Origin: a virus
Lineage: Duplodnaviria; Caudoviricetes
DNA length: 64,000 nt
Strand: one strand, 5' to 3'
IMG/VR virus record: IMGVR_UViG_3300031548_000003
Coordinates: 9,521 to 73,520 of that record
A model generated the notes under the pieces. The model was not told where the DNA came from. It searched no databases and worked only from the letters and a program-made list of their open reading frames with translations. This document shows positions 20,308-30,323 of this stretch, piece after piece (the stretch's first letter is position 1; each line of letters opens with the position of its first letter). The position numbers were made by a program, and so were the translations under genes.

Positions 20308-22478
20308 TAGTTACTTAAAAGTTGGAGTTTCCTATCATTCAATTTTGTACGAGATGTGATTAGTGTTTTGTCTAAGTTATTTTTAGACTTCTGGTCTTGT
20401 AATTGCATCTGTGCCATTAGTTGTTCTCTTTGCATATTCTGCTGGGCTGTAATTTGATCTTGTTGGTGTTGAGCTTCAGCAGCAGCTTGTTGTTGCTCCT
20501 GGCGTTGCTGGCTTACCCTACGTAGTGTCATTTTTCTTTGGAATTTCCTCACTGCCACTTTAGTATCTTCTTCGAGAAGAATAGCAAGCGCATCTTCCAG
20601 CGTGACTTGCTGTGATTGTAAGGCTACACCTACTAATTGTTCTAGTTTCTGACGATCTAACAGAAGTGGAGGCAACGATTTAACGATCACATCAAACTCA
20701 TCCATTGATATGTCAATGTTGTCTTTTAGAAAGTCTATTCCAGTATCACCTATAATTGTCGCAAACACTTCTTTACCCGCCCAGGCGATCTTTACCATCT
20801 TGGCTTGCTGATTCAGCACTCTTGTGCAGAATCGCTCGAATCCCTTGAAATAAGGGGCTGTAATAAGATTTGATTGGAAAAGAGCTGCTTGGGTTACACC
20901 TACTGCTTGAGAAGACCCCTGCACTACTCCCTGGCGTTCTGCGGAGATACCACTTACACTGTCCATTTTCGAATCAATGTAATTCATGATGTTGATGTAC
21001 TGACTAACAGATTCGGATAGAGTCAGGTCAAACTCTTTAAACATGTTGAGGTTACCCTGTCCCATCTGGTATTCCTTAGAATTAGTGTAGAGGATTCCAG
21101 ATGTTTTCATGTATCCAATGATCTGCTCAGTGGTCATGTTTTCTGGCTTCATAGCCAGATCATAAACAAATCCCTTCGCTCCTGCCCTAGCCATAGCTAG
21201 CTGCATATTATAGACAGTTATGTCTTTTAATAACTGAAGCCCGGCTAATTGTTCGACCATACTTACTGACTTACCAAGTAAGAAATCAGGTACCCAGACT
21301 TTATAGGGAGGCTCTGATTTTTCTATTCTGGATAGGTCTCTTCCTTGATTTGGGCATTCCCCCCACTCTTTAATTATTGTCCCTCCGATAAGCGTGCATT
21401 GTCTCCATGTTTGCATCTTATTGGAGATAATCTTATCCTTATCGCGTTTACGAATTATATCATCGGTTACATCATGAAGGAATTTTCCTTTTTCGTTCTC
21501 TTCATATTTATTAGAAATGATTTTATAGTCATTCCAACAGGCTCGAATAACAAGACATCTGGGGGTACCGTCTACTATTTTGAACCATTTAACAGCCTGA
21601 TTAGGCATCGTAGAGTAAGCTGAATGGTTACTGTGGTTTGGACGAAGCTGTTCACCTAGTCCTAGATACTCAGTGTAAGAGGAATAAGCTTCAGTCACTT
21701 CTTCAGTTGTTAGTCCGTATCTTTCAGCCGCCGCTGCTATAGGTAAATATTCTACTTCACCGAAGTAAGTAGAATCGGATAACATGTCATCTGTTGCATT
21801 AGGGTCAAATATGAAACATAGGGGGTCTACTCTTCTCGCTTGGGGGATGCCTCGCTTAATTTCATTGCATACAATAGCTCTGTGAACAATTAAAACATCA
21901 CGAAAAAGAGCGAGTCTTTTATCATCCCAATGTGTAGTCTGAGCAATGAATTTTAGGGCAGACTCCATAAGAATAACAAACTTATCTTTCCAGGAAAGGT
22001 CCATGTATTCGTCAAGCTCTTGCTCTGTTTGAGGGATGTACTCGTCTGCACCTACATTTAGCCCTACTGCCTGCTGTACAAATTGAGCGGTAGATTGAAG
22101 TCTACGTTCTACTCGTAGCCTCTCTTTCTCCTCTAGTTTTCGGGCAATGGCTTCGCTGTTGATCGCTCTTGCTTTTATCTCATAGCCTCTTTCCTCTAGT
22201 TCTCCAAGCAAAAGTTTTACTTTATTTTTGATTTCGTTGATAGTTAACCATAACGAAGGAAGAACAGATCCATCTTCGGCTGTTTGTAAGTGATCGGCCA
22301 TATCACTTGAAGTACCTTGTTGGAAGAGCTTATATAGCTCTGCCATAATTCGGTAATTCTGAACATATCCATCAGTAAAACTGTTGGATACTATGGCGCG
22401 ACACCAGTCTCTGTGATAATCTTCGTCCTTCTCCTTATTGGATTTATCTATTCTAGGAAATGCGTTGTTATTAACCAT
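20307..22478 (-). CDS. Portal protein (723 aa)
   Basis: Follows terminase; portal-like helical body, 'RRVDPLCFIFD' motif and Gln-rich C-terminal barrel helix. Confidence 0.8.
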   Translation of the reverse strand: MVNNNAFPRIDKSNKEKDEDYHRDWCRAIVSNSFTDGYVQNYRIMAELYKLFQQGTSSDMADHLQTAEDGSVLPSLWLTINEIKNKVKLLLGELEERGYEIKARAINSEAIARKLEEKERLRVERRLQSTAQFVQQAVGLNVGADEYIPQTEQELDEYMDLSWKDKFVILMESALKFIAQTTHWDDKRLALFRDVLIVHRAIVCNEIKRGIPQARRVDPLCFIFDPNATDDMLSDSTYFGEVEYLPIAAAAERYGLTTEEVTEAYSSYTEYLGLGEQLRPNHSNHSAYSTMPNQAVKWFKIVDGTPRCLVIRACWNDYKIISNKYEENEKGKFLHDVTDDIIRKRDKDKIISNKMQTWRQCTLIGGTIIKEWGECPNQGRDLSRIEKSEPPYKVWVPDFLLGKSVSMVEQLAGLQLLKDITVYNMQLAMARAGAKGFVYDLAMKPENMTTEQIIGYMKTSGILYTNSKEYQMGQGNLNMFKEFDLTLSESVSQYINIMNYIDSKMDSVSGISAERQGVVQGSSQAVGVTQAALFQSNLITAPYFKGFERFCTRVLNQQAKMVKIAWAGKEVFATIIGDTGIDFLKDNIDISMDEFDVIVKSLPPLLLDRQKLEQLVGVALQSQQVTLEDALAILLEEDTKVAVRKFQRKMTLRRVSQQRQEQQQAAAEAQHQQDQITAQQNMQREQLMAQMQLQDQKSKNNLDKTLITSRTKLNDRKLQLLSN

Positions 22479-24378
22479 ATTTGAACAGTGGGTGAGATGG
22501 TAATGTTAATCTCTTAATTGGGGCTGCTGAAGAAATGATTTGTATTCTGTTTCCTACTTTTTGATATTGATATCGAGGAGTTGATTGATCTATTTCGGAT
22601 GCTAGTTTTGCTGCTTTACGATCTCCTTGCAAAAGCACAAGAAACCATCCCCATGCAATAGCTAAATCATCCTGAGCATGATCATCTCCAAATACTTTGT
22701 GTTGTTCTAACAGCTTTATCGAAGGAATAAATTCTGAATACTTGTCAATATAATCTTCCATCAACCCCATCATCTGTTGCTTACGTTCTTCAGTCATCTT
22801 TACTGAGTGCTTCATCTCATAGCCAGTTTTAGCTGTACCAATTGATTTAGGAACAAGCGGTAGGAGTTGAGGATAATGTTCTTTGAAGTAGTTGATCATT
22901 CTAGCTCGATTGTCTTCTATAAGAACCTTAGCGTTGTTGTACCACTGAAGGCACATTGCAGATTGCTCAAAGAACTTGTCTAGTTTCTCTGGACGATCAC
23001 AATATTCTAATACAAGTTTTGGTGGTTCTAATCCAAATGGTTTTGCGCCTATTGCTAGAGCTAGTTCGGATACGTCTCTGGATACTTTTAAATTATCATG
23101 ATCCGCTGGATCTGATCCTGCTAAGTAAGCATTCACTCTTGCATTGTCGGGGAGTTCATAAACTATAACCTTACCGTTGTTTGTATCTGGTACGAAGTCA
23201 ACTCCTCCATCTGGTTTTCTTCTCATGAAGCCAACTCTTTTCTCAGGGGCTTCACTCATCACTTTTATGATTTGAGTGTTGATGAGTTGGACGTTACCTA
23301 CACCACCTTCCGTAACTTGATTGAAAGCATCTTTATCACAAAGAGGATATTTTTGAATAAAAGCTTCACGTACTTTTCTTGTAGCTTGTCTGATTCTATA
23401 ACGTTCGTATATGATCCAACGAATAGCTTCCTTAATTAAGTCTTGACCAAATTCACCAACTATTAATCCGTGATAACCATGAACAGCAAAACGATCAAGA
23501 TCATAAGCTTCGTTGTTCATATAAAGCTCCATCAAACCTCTTCCATCGCGAGTTATGTCTCCTACGGTCCCGAGCACAACTGCGGGCGAAACCCTCCGAG
23601 TATTTAATTTCAAACAGTCTTCACTGTATGCCCACAATTCCAAAAGCGGTTCAATTTTTCCAGCTTCATCAATTCTAAGTTTACTTAAAGCTTCACCTTC
23701 AAAATTCTGTGGCACAGGGGCTACAACATTCATCCAACTTTGTAAGCCTTTTTTGATTCGATTACCTGATGGGTCTTTCTCGTACCAAGCAAACTCCATG
23801 TAATCTCTTCTATCGGATGCTGTTGCTCTAGGACGTAACCAATCAGGTACGTTTTGATGAATAAACTTCACATGACGAAACATCTTTCGTGAGTCACTTT
23901 CTGACTTACTACAAGCACCAATCATGTAGAAAGGTTTTGTTGCGCAGTCATGCCAGTCATCCCACGCACCAATGCTCGTAAAGCCCCAGCGTCTGCGCTT
24001 GTATCCGACAATTCCTCTTCCTGGATTTTTTTGTAGGTCTTCTACTTTTCTAAAATATTCTTCTTGTCTTACTCTGAATTGAGGACTTATCTTACCCTTC
24101 TCTGGGTCACGTATTTTTGCGTAATTCAACCAACCATAACCTTTTCCAGTCAAGCCATCGTACCCGTTTATTAATCTATTTATTTCGGTTAGCTGATATT
24201 CCTGTTCCTCACGTTTGTCTTTAAATTTCTCAGGGTATTTATTAGCTGTGTATTTTTTTTTAGGAATGAAGGTGGGTTTGACTGCAATGGAGTAGTAATA
24301 CTCAACATCTTTTTCAAGTTCCGGGATCCACTCGTTTTCAGGAATAATTCCAACAATGTCTTCGTTTTCCTTATTCAT
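22471..24378 (-). CDS. terL: Terminase large subunit (635 aa)
   Basis: Walker A 'KRRRWGFTS', Walker B 'LRIDEAGK', coupling motif 'GTVG', nuclease 'AGSDPAD' and 'DDLAIA'. Confidence 0.85.
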   Translation of the reverse strand: MNKENEDIVGIIPENEWIPELEKDVEYYYSIAVKPTFIPKKKYTANKYPEKFKDKREEQEYQLTEINRLINGYDGLTGKGYGWLNYAKIRDPEKGKISPQFRVRQEEYFRKVEDLQKNPGRGIVGYKRRRWGFTSIGAWDDWHDCATKPFYMIGACSKSESDSRKMFRHVKFIHQNVPDWLRPRATASDRRDYMEFAWYEKDPSGNRIKKGLQSWMNVVAPVPQNFEGEALSKLRIDEAGKIEPLLELWAYSEDCLKLNTRRVSPAVVLGTVGDITRDGRGLMELYMNNEAYDLDRFAVHGYHGLIVGEFGQDLIKEAIRWIIYERYRIRQATRKVREAFIQKYPLCDKDAFNQVTEGGVGNVQLINTQIIKVMSEAPEKRVGFMRRKPDGGVDFVPDTNNGKVIVYELPDNARVNAYLAGSDPADHDNLKVSRDVSELALAIGAKPFGLEPPKLVLEYCDRPEKLDKFFEQSAMCLQWYNNAKVLIEDNRARMINYFKEHYPQLLPLVPKSIGTAKTGYEMKHSVKMTEERKQQMMGLMEDYIDKYSEFIPSIKLLEQHKVFGDDHAQDDLAIAWGWFLVLLQGDRKAAKLASEIDQSTPRYQYQKVGNRIQIISSAAPIKRLTLPSHPLFKYG

Positions 24379-25382
24379 GCAGCGTATTCGAATGTGATCC
24401 CTCTATATTTCCAATCATGCCCAAGAATTCTTTGTCGGCATGTGGCTCTAATACTTCTTCTTAGAGAAGGATCATTAAAAACTTCAGTTGCTGCTTCTCT
24501 GGCGTTCCTATATATAACACCAGTATCAACACAACGTATCTTTTTAAATTGAGACTCCTTGAAAGTACTTTTAATGACATTAGGAATTCCTTCCAACTTT
24601 AACCATCTCCAAGTCCTACCGGTTAGTATACCTTCCACTGCACCTTGTGATGCGCCAACAATTCTAGCTATTTCAGCGAAGGCTATATTGGGTGTCTCAA
24701 ATGCTAACCTCTTTATTTGGATAGCTTGTTCCTTAGTAATAGTCTTGTTCTGTTTTTCTGGGTCAATACCCACAAATATTTTTGAATGATCTGGATTCAC
24801 ACACCATTCGTGTCCACAATCATTTAACACAACTTGCTTCTTCAGCAGCAATTTTACTCCTTTGTAATGTTCGTAGAAGAAGCGTCTCGCTTGGAGTGTT
24901 TTATTATCAATGTTGATTCTAGGGTGTCCCTCAGAGTATGCACCTGTCCATATCCAACAGCCAGTATTAGGCTCAAAGTCTACATATTCTTTGACCTGAT
25001 ATTGGATGCCCTTTCTCTGAATTTTAGAGAGATTCTTACGTTGCTCTTTTGTAAACTTATAATTTTTAGCCCCTTTACCTCCATCACAAAGATTAACTAA
25101 CTCTCCACCATTTTCAATTCTCCCGTAGAGCTCGATAAATTCAATCTCTTTGGCTATCGCTTCATCCAAGGTTAGATTGTCTACTAATATCTCTACCTCA
25201 ATCCCGTACTTAGCTTCTATGCGCTTCCACCATTCAGTTCTTTGTTCCTTATTAAAAGCTCTACCGTACTGTACTTCATGGCTTCCAGCCCCAGCATGAT
25301 GAGTGCCTCGACCAATGTAAACAGGTCTTCCTGTATCCTTTCTTAAGTGTCTATACACGTACTTGTTTCGCTTCTCTTCCAT
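24375..25382 (-). CDS. GIY-YIG homing endonuclease fused to NUMOD3, a degenerate HNH domain, HTH and NUMOD1 (335 aa)
   Basis: 'YVY-x10-YIG' with the later R, E and N catalytic residues; 'GCWIWTG...CVNPDH'; C-terminal 'IRCVDTGVIYRNAREAA'. Confidence 0.75.
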   Translation of the reverse strand: MEEKRNKYVYRHLRKDTGRPVYIGRGTHHAGAGSHEVQYGRAFNKEQRTEWWKRIEAKYGIEVEILVDNLTLDEAIAKEIEFIELYGRIENGGELVNLCDGGKGAKNYKFTKEQRKNLSKIQRKGIQYQVKEYVDFEPNTGCWIWTGAYSEGHPRINIDNKTLQARRFFYEHYKGVKLLLKKQVVLNDCGHEWCVNPDHSKIFVGIDPEKQNKTITKEQAIQIKRLAFETPNIAFAEIARIVGASQGAVEGILTGRTWRWLKLEGIPNVIKSTFKESQFKKIRCVDTGVIYRNAREAATEVFNDPSLRRSIRATCRQRILGHDWKYRGITFEYAA

Positions 25383-25453
25383 CCTTAGTTAAATTTTTAG
25401 TTAATATTTAGTTAAATCATTGACACAGAGACTCTTCTTTTCGTTTCATCTCA

Positions 25454-26284
25454 TCAAGCCCGTACAATCACTCCATTTAATATCTTCACTAACTCAATAA
25501 ATCTTTCAGGCCCTTCTTTCATAGAGATATAATTTGATAACCATTTAGGATATAAGAGTCCGTTGCTAAGAATGATTAAATGAGCAGTATCATATTTTTT
25601 TATAAGCTCAGAGTCATACTCCCCTTCTCCTGAAAATTTCCATTCAGTTGTAGGGTAAGCTGAATGAAGAGATTGCTTAAAATAAGCTTGAGACAATCCG
25701 TGTGGAATAGTATTAGGGGTTATTTTGTTCTTCCAGCACACAAAAGGTAAACTTATTTGATCTCTCCAACTGTTAGTTTCTATTTCATTATACCAATCAT
25801 CGGTGAGCTTTGTGACTAAAAGGTCTTGAGGGTTTCTGATAATTATACCACCTCTCCATAAACCGAACTGAGGAGGAAATCCGTCAAGCTGGTATCGGTT
25901 AATTTGCTGTTCAACTACTTCTTTCTTGTCTAGGTGTTTGGAGATTACTACTTCAGCTTCTTCATAAGCACAATCCCTCATAGGATGTTTATTGAACCAG
26001 ATGCCTCTCGTTTTCTCATTTACAAAATAGTTGAGGTCTCGTTTGATTTGGAAAGTAGCGTCTACATAAACTGATAAATCATATTCTGGAAAATGGTTCT
26101 TAATCTTATAGAACCTGGACAGCTTTTTACTATCCCCAGATTCTACTAATCTTATTTGCCATATATTACTCTTTAGACTAGGATTGTCTGTAATTGCTAC
26201 ATAATCCCAATCAGATGTGACTTTAGTTGGCTCCTTCAAGTCATCATAATCACCCATAATAACTGTATAAATCGCTTTTTTCAT
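25454..26284 (-). CDS. DUF616-family (GT-A fold) glycosyltransferase (276 aa)
   Basis: 'AIYTVIMGDYDDLKEP', 'SRFYKI', 'YVDA', 'HPMRDCAYEEA', 'RDQISLPFV' family pattern. Confidence 0.75.
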   Translation of the reverse strand: MKKAIYTVIMGDYDDLKEPTKVTSDWDYVAITDNPSLKSNIWQIRLVESGDSKKLSRFYKIKNHFPEYDLSVYVDATFQIKRDLNYFVNEKTRGIWFNKHPMRDCAYEEAEVVISKHLDKKEVVEQQINRYQLDGFPPQFGLWRGGIIIRNPQDLLVTKLTDDWYNEIETNSWRDQISLPFVCWKNKITPNTIPHGLSQAYFKQSLHSAYPTTEWKFSGEGEYDSELIKKYDTAHLIILSNGLLYPKWLSNYISMKEGPERFIELVKILNGVIVRA

Positions 26285-26293
26285 AAAGACTAA

Positions 26294-26319
26294 AACCCGC
26301 CACAGAATTGCAGCGGGTT
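26294..26319 (-). terminator. Intrinsic terminator after the 80-aa gene
   Basis: AACCCGC / GCGGGTT stem followed by TTAGTCTTT on the minus strand. Confidence 0.65.
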
Positions 26320-26341
26320 AAAGAAAGGGAGGGAATTAAGA

Positions 26342-26584
26342 CTAGCTTCCGGTTGAATCTGTAGCAGAAATATCTGTGTTCAGATCATCAAACGATACTT
26401 GAGCAGTGATTTGAGTACCATCCGATGTGATGATAATACAATCCTCATCAGAAGCTCCTGTAGGTATTACCTTAGAATCGTTAAGATTCACGGTGATATC
26501 CTTGCCTGAAGAGAATGATACAGAAGATCCATTCGGTCTTACTATTTTGGTCGCTGTTACAGTAACCAAACTTTTTTGTGCCAT
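26342..26584 (-). CDS. Small Ser/Thr-rich protein (80 aa), possible virion decoration protein
   Basis: Own promoter-like motif (26631-26643) and terminator; beta-rich, S/T/D-rich sequence. Confidence 0.55.
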   Translation of the reverse strand: MAQKSLVTVTATKIVRPNGSSVSFSSGKDITVNLNDSKVIPTGASDEDCIIITSDGTQITAQVSFDDLNTDISATDSTGS

Positions 26585-26657
26585 TAGGTTATTTAGTTAG
26601 AAATTAATTAATTGTGTAATTACTAACTATCAATTATTGTGCCTAATTTAGTTATTT

Positions 26658-27191
26658 TTAGATAGGAACACAGACCAGTACTTTATCCGCTACCCTTGGG
26701 TGATTTTCCAGTTGTTCATCCATAAACTCAAATCTATACTCTTTTAGCATCCCCATGAAGATTTTAGCATCTTCCAGTGTTTGATCATCTAGGATGATGA
26801 GATGTTTTAAGGGGTGTGATAGTATTATTTCTAGTTCCCTGGTAAGTATTTTGTTTTGATGGAAATCAGAGGTTTCTCCTTTTTCGATAAGGTCTGAATG
26901 CCCCCCAGTTCCAGGTCCTGCCGGATGTGCATCGAGAAATATCACAGCAGGTTCAGTCAAGTTTAACATTTCAGGTAAACAATCAGCAGATTTTCCTAAG
27001 AATAATTCCACCGGTTTATCTCTAAATCTCAGTACACATCTGTTATAGAACTCTTCAAACACTTCTACACTCTTTATCTGATCGAATCCGGCCTTAAGCG
27101 CCCTATTAATACTTTCTCCCATACAGGAGCCTGTCTCCAGATATGTACTTGAAAAGTATCGAAAATCCTCTATTCTGAATAATTTAGACAT
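26658..27191 (-). CDS. Class I SAM-dependent methyltransferase-like protein (177 aa)
   Basis: 'YLETGS-x-GES', 'IKSVEV', 'FLGKS', 'IFLDAH' Rossmann-type methyltransferase pattern. Confidence 0.55.
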   Translation of the reverse strand: MSKLFRIEDFRYFSSTYLETGSCMGESINRALKAGFDQIKSVEVFEEFYNRCVLRFRDKPVELFLGKSADCLPEMLNLTEPAVIFLDAHPAGPGTGGHSDLIEKGETSDFHQNKILTRELEIILSHPLKHLIILDDQTLEDAKIFMGMLKEYRFEFMDEQLENHPRVADKVLVCVPI

Positions 27192-28182
27192 TATCGTATA
27201 TTTCTTTAATAATTTGTTTGATATTATAGGTGTATTCCCAATTTGAATAGTGAGACCGAAATTTGGTCATATCAGACACATACCATTTATGGTCTCCTAC
27301 TCTTGGGGTATCGTTGAAGGTGACATTCATTTTCCTTCCAGTCAGTTCCTCGCACATATCAATTGCTTCCAGTACGCTACAATTTGAATGAGTTCCTCCA
27401 CCAAGATTATACACTTCCCCCGGTCGAGGGTTCTTCCTGAACTCTTCAAAAGCAGTGATGACATCGTAAGCGTGAATATTATCCCTTACCTGAAGACCAC
27501 CATACCCTATCACACAGTATGGTAAATCATATTTCGCACACTTCACCAAGTAATTAAGAAACCCGTGAAGTTGAGTACCAGCATGGGCTGAACCTGTTAA
27601 ACATCCGCCTCTAAAGACTCCCGTCTTGATTCCAAAGTATCGCCCATATTCTTGGGCGTAGAGGTCTCCGGCAGTTTTGGAAACTCCAAAAAGACTATGA
27701 GTTGTTTGATCAATTGAGGTAGCCTCATCAAATCCGAAGACTAGCTCAGGAGGTGGGATGAATCTATTCTGGAAACGCTTAACTTCAATGTTCAAGTTTC
27801 CGTAAACCTTATTGGTTGAAAGTTGAATGAATACAGCTTCTGGACAATATTGCCTTGTAAGTTCAAGAAGGTTAAGAGTACCGAGTCCATTTACTTCAAA
27901 GTCTTCAATGGGCACTTTGGCAGCAAAATCGTGAGATGGTTGTGCGGCAGTATGGATGATGTAATCAAACTTGTGACTCTGAAACAGTTCTTCTAACTGA
28001 TTGTAATTCCTAATGTCAGCGAAGCTATGAGTGTAATTGAATTGTAGGGGGGCTTCTTGTCGTTCAGTTCCAAACCATTTACTCCTCTGCTGATTATCAA
28101 TACCTACTATCTCATGATCTTTATAAAATTTCACTGCTTCTGAGCCTATCAGGCCCAGAGAACCTGTAATACAAATTTTCAT
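27184..28182 (-). CDS. NAD-dependent nucleotide-sugar epimerase/dehydratase, CDP-paratose 2-epimerase (RfbE)-like (332 aa)
   Basis: 'ITGSLGLIGS' dinucleotide-binding motif, 'HTAAQPSH', 'STNKVYG', catalytic 'FGVSK', and 'FRGGCLTG...LHGFL'. Confidence 0.85.
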   Translation of the reverse strand: MKICITGSLGLIGSEAVKFYKDHEIVGIDNQQRSKWFGTERQEAPLQFNYTHSFADIRNYNQLEELFQSHKFDYIIHTAAQPSHDFAAKVPIEDFEVNGLGTLNLLELTRQYCPEAVFIQLSTNKVYGNLNIEVKRFQNRFIPPPELVFGFDEATSIDQTTHSLFGVSKTAGDLYAQEYGRYFGIKTGVFRGGCLTGSAHAGTQLHGFLNYLVKCAKYDLPYCVIGYGGLQVRDNIHAYDVITAFEEFRKNPRPGEVYNLGGGTHSNCSVLEAIDMCEELTGRKMNVTFNDTPRVGDHKWYVSDMTKFRSHYSNWEYTYNIKQIIKEIYDNV

Positions 28183-30323
28183 CGTTTATTATGGGGTAAA
28201 ATGAAATCTAAATAAGGGTCAAGAGCAGACGAAGATTGAAGTCCTGACTTATTGGTCAGGAACATCACATTGGCTCTATAGTAGTAATCAATAAGTCTAT
28301 TTTCCAAGATGGAGTGGCGAGGTTGTTTGTAATAGAGGTCAAACCCTCTTTTTCTAAACTTCGCTAACCAGTAACTTTGGTACTGTTCGTTGAAATGATT
28401 TTTACCCCCTTGTCCGGGGATAGCAGCTCCGAATAGAATCAAATCAGCAGATTTACTAATGCTCTCTACTAAAGTGTCTGCATACATTTCTTCAAGATGC
28501 TCCGCTACTTCCATGCAAATAGCTAAATTCCATTTTCCACCAATGAATGGTCTTCTGAGGTCGTGGTCAATATAATTTTTAGTGAGTAGGAGATTTCGCG
28601 GAATTTTGAAATCAATAGCTGTATAATTTTCAAGTCCTACCCCCCATTGACCAATACCCGATCCAAAATCAACAACTGAATCTGAATCATTAAAGACATT
28701 CAGTCCTTTGAGAACTTTAAACATCTCCTGAGCCGATCTGGTGCCCCCTTCTGATATTTCAGAGTAATACTCTTCAGTGTAGTCTTTAGTCCAGGTCCAG
28801 TTTTTTACTTCCTGTCTGAGTTGTTCAGTTGTAAGGGTTCTTTGTTTTTCGAGAACTTGTGAATTAGCCTCGTAGAAAGGATTTGCTCTCGAACTATTGG
28901 GTCCGACCCAATGATCAAAATGATACAGATCACCTCTTACTCTTTCTATCTTATAACCTAGTCTTCTGAATCTCTCACACCTTTCAACATCTTCATTTCC
29001 ATAGCTTATATAACTCTCATTCTCCCCACCGCCTTCAAAGAAGCTTGCCTTGTCAAACAACACTGCTCCACCAACACTAGGAGCGGCAATTGTATCTGAC
29101 CCGCTTTTGATGTCTTTAAAGACTTCCAAATCATATTTTGGGAAGATATTATTCCGAACTGATTGAGGAAGTCTTACAAACAGATACCCGTAGGGATAAA
29201 CCATGTCGGCTTTCCTTTCTCGAATAAGTTCCACTGATGATAGAAGTTGCATTGGGGCGAAAGCAACATCACAGTCATAATTAACGATGATGGGCGTTGT
29301 TGCCTCATGGGCCATACGATTTAACATCTTGGTCCTATGGAAGTTATTGAAGAGGAAATTCCGATACTTCACCCACTGAGAGACATACTCAAACTTATTA
29401 CCCCCCTGCTCCCCTACCGTTATATTCGTGTTGAAGTTTTGCTGGAGCAAAGAGATAATGAGTTCTAGGTTATTCTTTCTATCGTCATGGTCATAATATA
29501 CTGGAATCGTAAAGGTCACATCAGTCAGATCAATTTTCTTCCCCTCATGTTCAAATATTTCATACTTCTCATTTCTTAAATAGAAATTAATGTCACCCTC
29601 TTTCGTTATAAGATGATCTGCGAATAGATGGTTAGGCTGAATTACACGTTTGCAATTCGACAAATAAGACGACCACCAATGGAATGTAGAGTTAGCGATT
29701 ATCCATCCTTCAGTTACTAGCGTCCCAAACGCAAACTGATCTATATCTTTGTCAAATTTTGGGAAGAAGGCATTTTCCATACTCCCGAAGTGGAACTTAC
29801 ACCAATCAAGATCATCAGATATGAAAACAATATTACAGTTCTTGTAATCAAATTTTTGGAGGGCAAGAATATAATATAGAGCGGGTAGATTGTAGTATCC
29901 GGGTTTAGTTACATAGTCAGTTCGTCTTACCCCTACTGCAATAGTAGGTTTACTTAGTAGGTGGCTATATTTTTCCTTAATAGACTCTAAGTAGCTTTCT
30001 TTGAGTTTAAAGAGATTTTTTGTTTCGTTAGGGTCAAAGTATTTCTCATTTTGAAAATACCCTAATAGATCAACTGTTTGATTTTTATAATCAAATTGAT
30101 CTAAATAATCCTGAGCATACGCATAATGCGGCTCCTCAACAACAACATCTGCCTTAAAGAAATAACTTGTTTCAGGAAATTTAGTTTCGAAGTATTCAGA
30201 ATAACTCCAGTAGGGAATTTCGTATTCTGTGTTGTGTCGTTTAGAGAGACTATTAAGTATAGCTATTTGAAATAAACAATTACCAAATCTTCCATACTCA
30301 CCTAATCGAGTAAAAGTTATCAT
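28179..30323 (-). CDS. Tri-domain fusion: GT11 alpha-1,2-fucosyltransferase-like + GT-A (GT2/GT7-like) glycosyltransferase + SAM methyltransferase (714 aa)
   Basis: GT11: 'GRFGNCLFQ' and 'VGVRRTDY'. GT-A: 'YDCD' and 'GGGENESYISYGNEDVE'. Methyltransferase: 'VDFGSGIG' and 'CMEVAEHL...PGQGG'. Confidence 0.8.
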   Translation of the reverse strand: MITFTRLGEYGRFGNCLFQIAILNSLSKRHNTEYEIPYWSYSEYFETKFPETSYFFKADVVVEEPHYAYAQDYLDQFDYKNQTVDLLGYFQNEKYFDPNETKNLFKLKESYLESIKEKYSHLLSKPTIAVGVRRTDYVTKPGYYNLPALYYILALQKFDYKNCNIVFISDDLDWCKFHFGSMENAFFPKFDKDIDQFAFGTLVTEGWIIANSTFHWWSSYLSNCKRVIQPNHLFADHLITKEGDINFYLRNEKYEIFEHEGKKIDLTDVTFTIPVYYDHDDRKNNLELIISLLQQNFNTNITVGEQGGNKFEYVSQWVKYRNFLFNNFHRTKMLNRMAHEATTPIIVNYDCDVAFAPMQLLSSVELIRERKADMVYPYGYLFVRLPQSVRNNIFPKYDLEVFKDIKSGSDTIAAPSVGGAVLFDKASFFEGGGENESYISYGNEDVERCERFRRLGYKIERVRGDLYHFDHWVGPNSSRANPFYEANSQVLEKQRTLTTEQLRQEVKNWTWTKDYTEEYYSEISEGGTRSAQEMFKVLKGLNVFNDSDSVVDFGSGIGQWGVGLENYTAIDFKIPRNLLLTKNYIDHDLRRPFIGGKWNLAICMEVAEHLEEMYADTLVESISKSADLILFGAAIPGQGGKNHFNEQYQSYWLAKFRKRGFDLYYKQPRHSILENRLIDYYYRANVMFLTNKSGLQSSSALDPYLDFILPHNKR

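Noticed and set aside
22471-24378. Intein or intron in terL (also checked polA and the primase-helicase)
   Set aside because: ORFs are of ordinary length with contiguous motifs and no splicing signatures; the endonuclease genes are free-standing.
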